Source: Asterionella formosa (Eukaryota). Taken from it: a stretch of 45,374 nucleotides of DNA. Numbering within the stretch: position 1 is the first letter of the stretch; each line of letters starts with the position of its first letter. The notes below the pieces were generated by a model. The model did not search any database and was not told the origin of the DNA. It worked only from the letters and a program-made list of their open reading frames with translations. Of the stretch, positions 44,671 to 45,374 are shown piece by piece. The stretch covers positions 1-45,374 of the forward strand of contig NKIB01014270.1 of NCBI GenBank assembly GCA_002256025.1, given 5' to 3'. The position numbers and the translations under genes are program-made.

Positions 44671-45374
44671 GACTGACTACGTGTAGCATGATATATACCC
44701 CGTATACTTCATTGTCCTGGACCCCCCTGTACATTATTCTCGAGGTGGAACCAAACACCCAATAATAATTTTCTTGTCATAGACAAAGGTAACGTGCTAT
44801 AATTCTTTTTGTCCTCGTAGGCACTAGCACATAACTATTTAGCTAACATTTTGCGATTCTTTTGTACATACAAAACACAAGAGACGACAGGTAGTGGCTG
44901 TGAGCAGATGGAGAATCCTTCATGATGTTGTCGCAAACTTGACCATGACGAAAATACGAATTATCTCCACGAAAATAGAGAACGACGCTTTGCTACTTGC
45001 TACCTGTATTAAGAACGACATGGAAAATACAATCGTAAAAGAAGTAAAGTAATAACACTAATAATGACAACGAAAATTGAGATCGCCGATAACAACATGA
45101 AGTCGCGTTTTTCTTGCGAGTTGAAGAACTCTCTCATTTTTCACAAGACGGAAATAATTGTCATATTAATACATCTTAGAAAAATGTGCGCTATCCTGTG
45201 GAATTAAAGAAATTTACTTAGGTCCATTATAAGGGAAATCTCTTCAGTGTCCTGGGCCCCTTAAGTAAAATCAGTCAAATTCAGTCACGGCAGTGTACAT
45301 TGGGGGGTCAAGGACAATGAAGTATACGGTATTTCCCGGTATCATTTGCATTATGTATGTTCAATACCGGTAGT

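Overview
Eukaryotic nuclear DNA, most likely from a diatom (stramenopile). Evidence: short GT-AG introns, bipartite plastid-targeting signals of the ASAF type and diatom-style transposon relics. Eleven intact protein genes are supported: a tail-to-tail pair of plastid M50/EGY-like metalloproteases, an MFSD8-like transporter, a UBAP2L/Lingerer/Def1-like RGG low-complexity protein, an alpha-carbonic-anhydrase-fold protein lacking its zinc ligands, a cytochrome-b5-fused sulfite oxidase, guanine deaminase, a type II membrane sulfotransferase, a large coiled-coil protein with WH2-like repeats, a 2OG-Fe(II) oxygenase and a cytochrome-b5-fused (probably sphingolipid delta-8) desaturase. AT-rich spacers hold decayed Tc1/IS630-like and PIF/Harbinger transposases and a TA-flanked MITE. 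The most unusual signals are a tRNA-like head followed by a partial hammerhead-ribozyme motif at about 12.1-12.3 kb, GGTACC/CCAGGTA motif clusters that track gene 5' ends, the zinc-less carbonic anhydrase and the WH2-like repeat protein. All family calls come from motif recognition by eye; no searches were run, and no clearly new multi-gene system can be demonstrated from this sequence alone.
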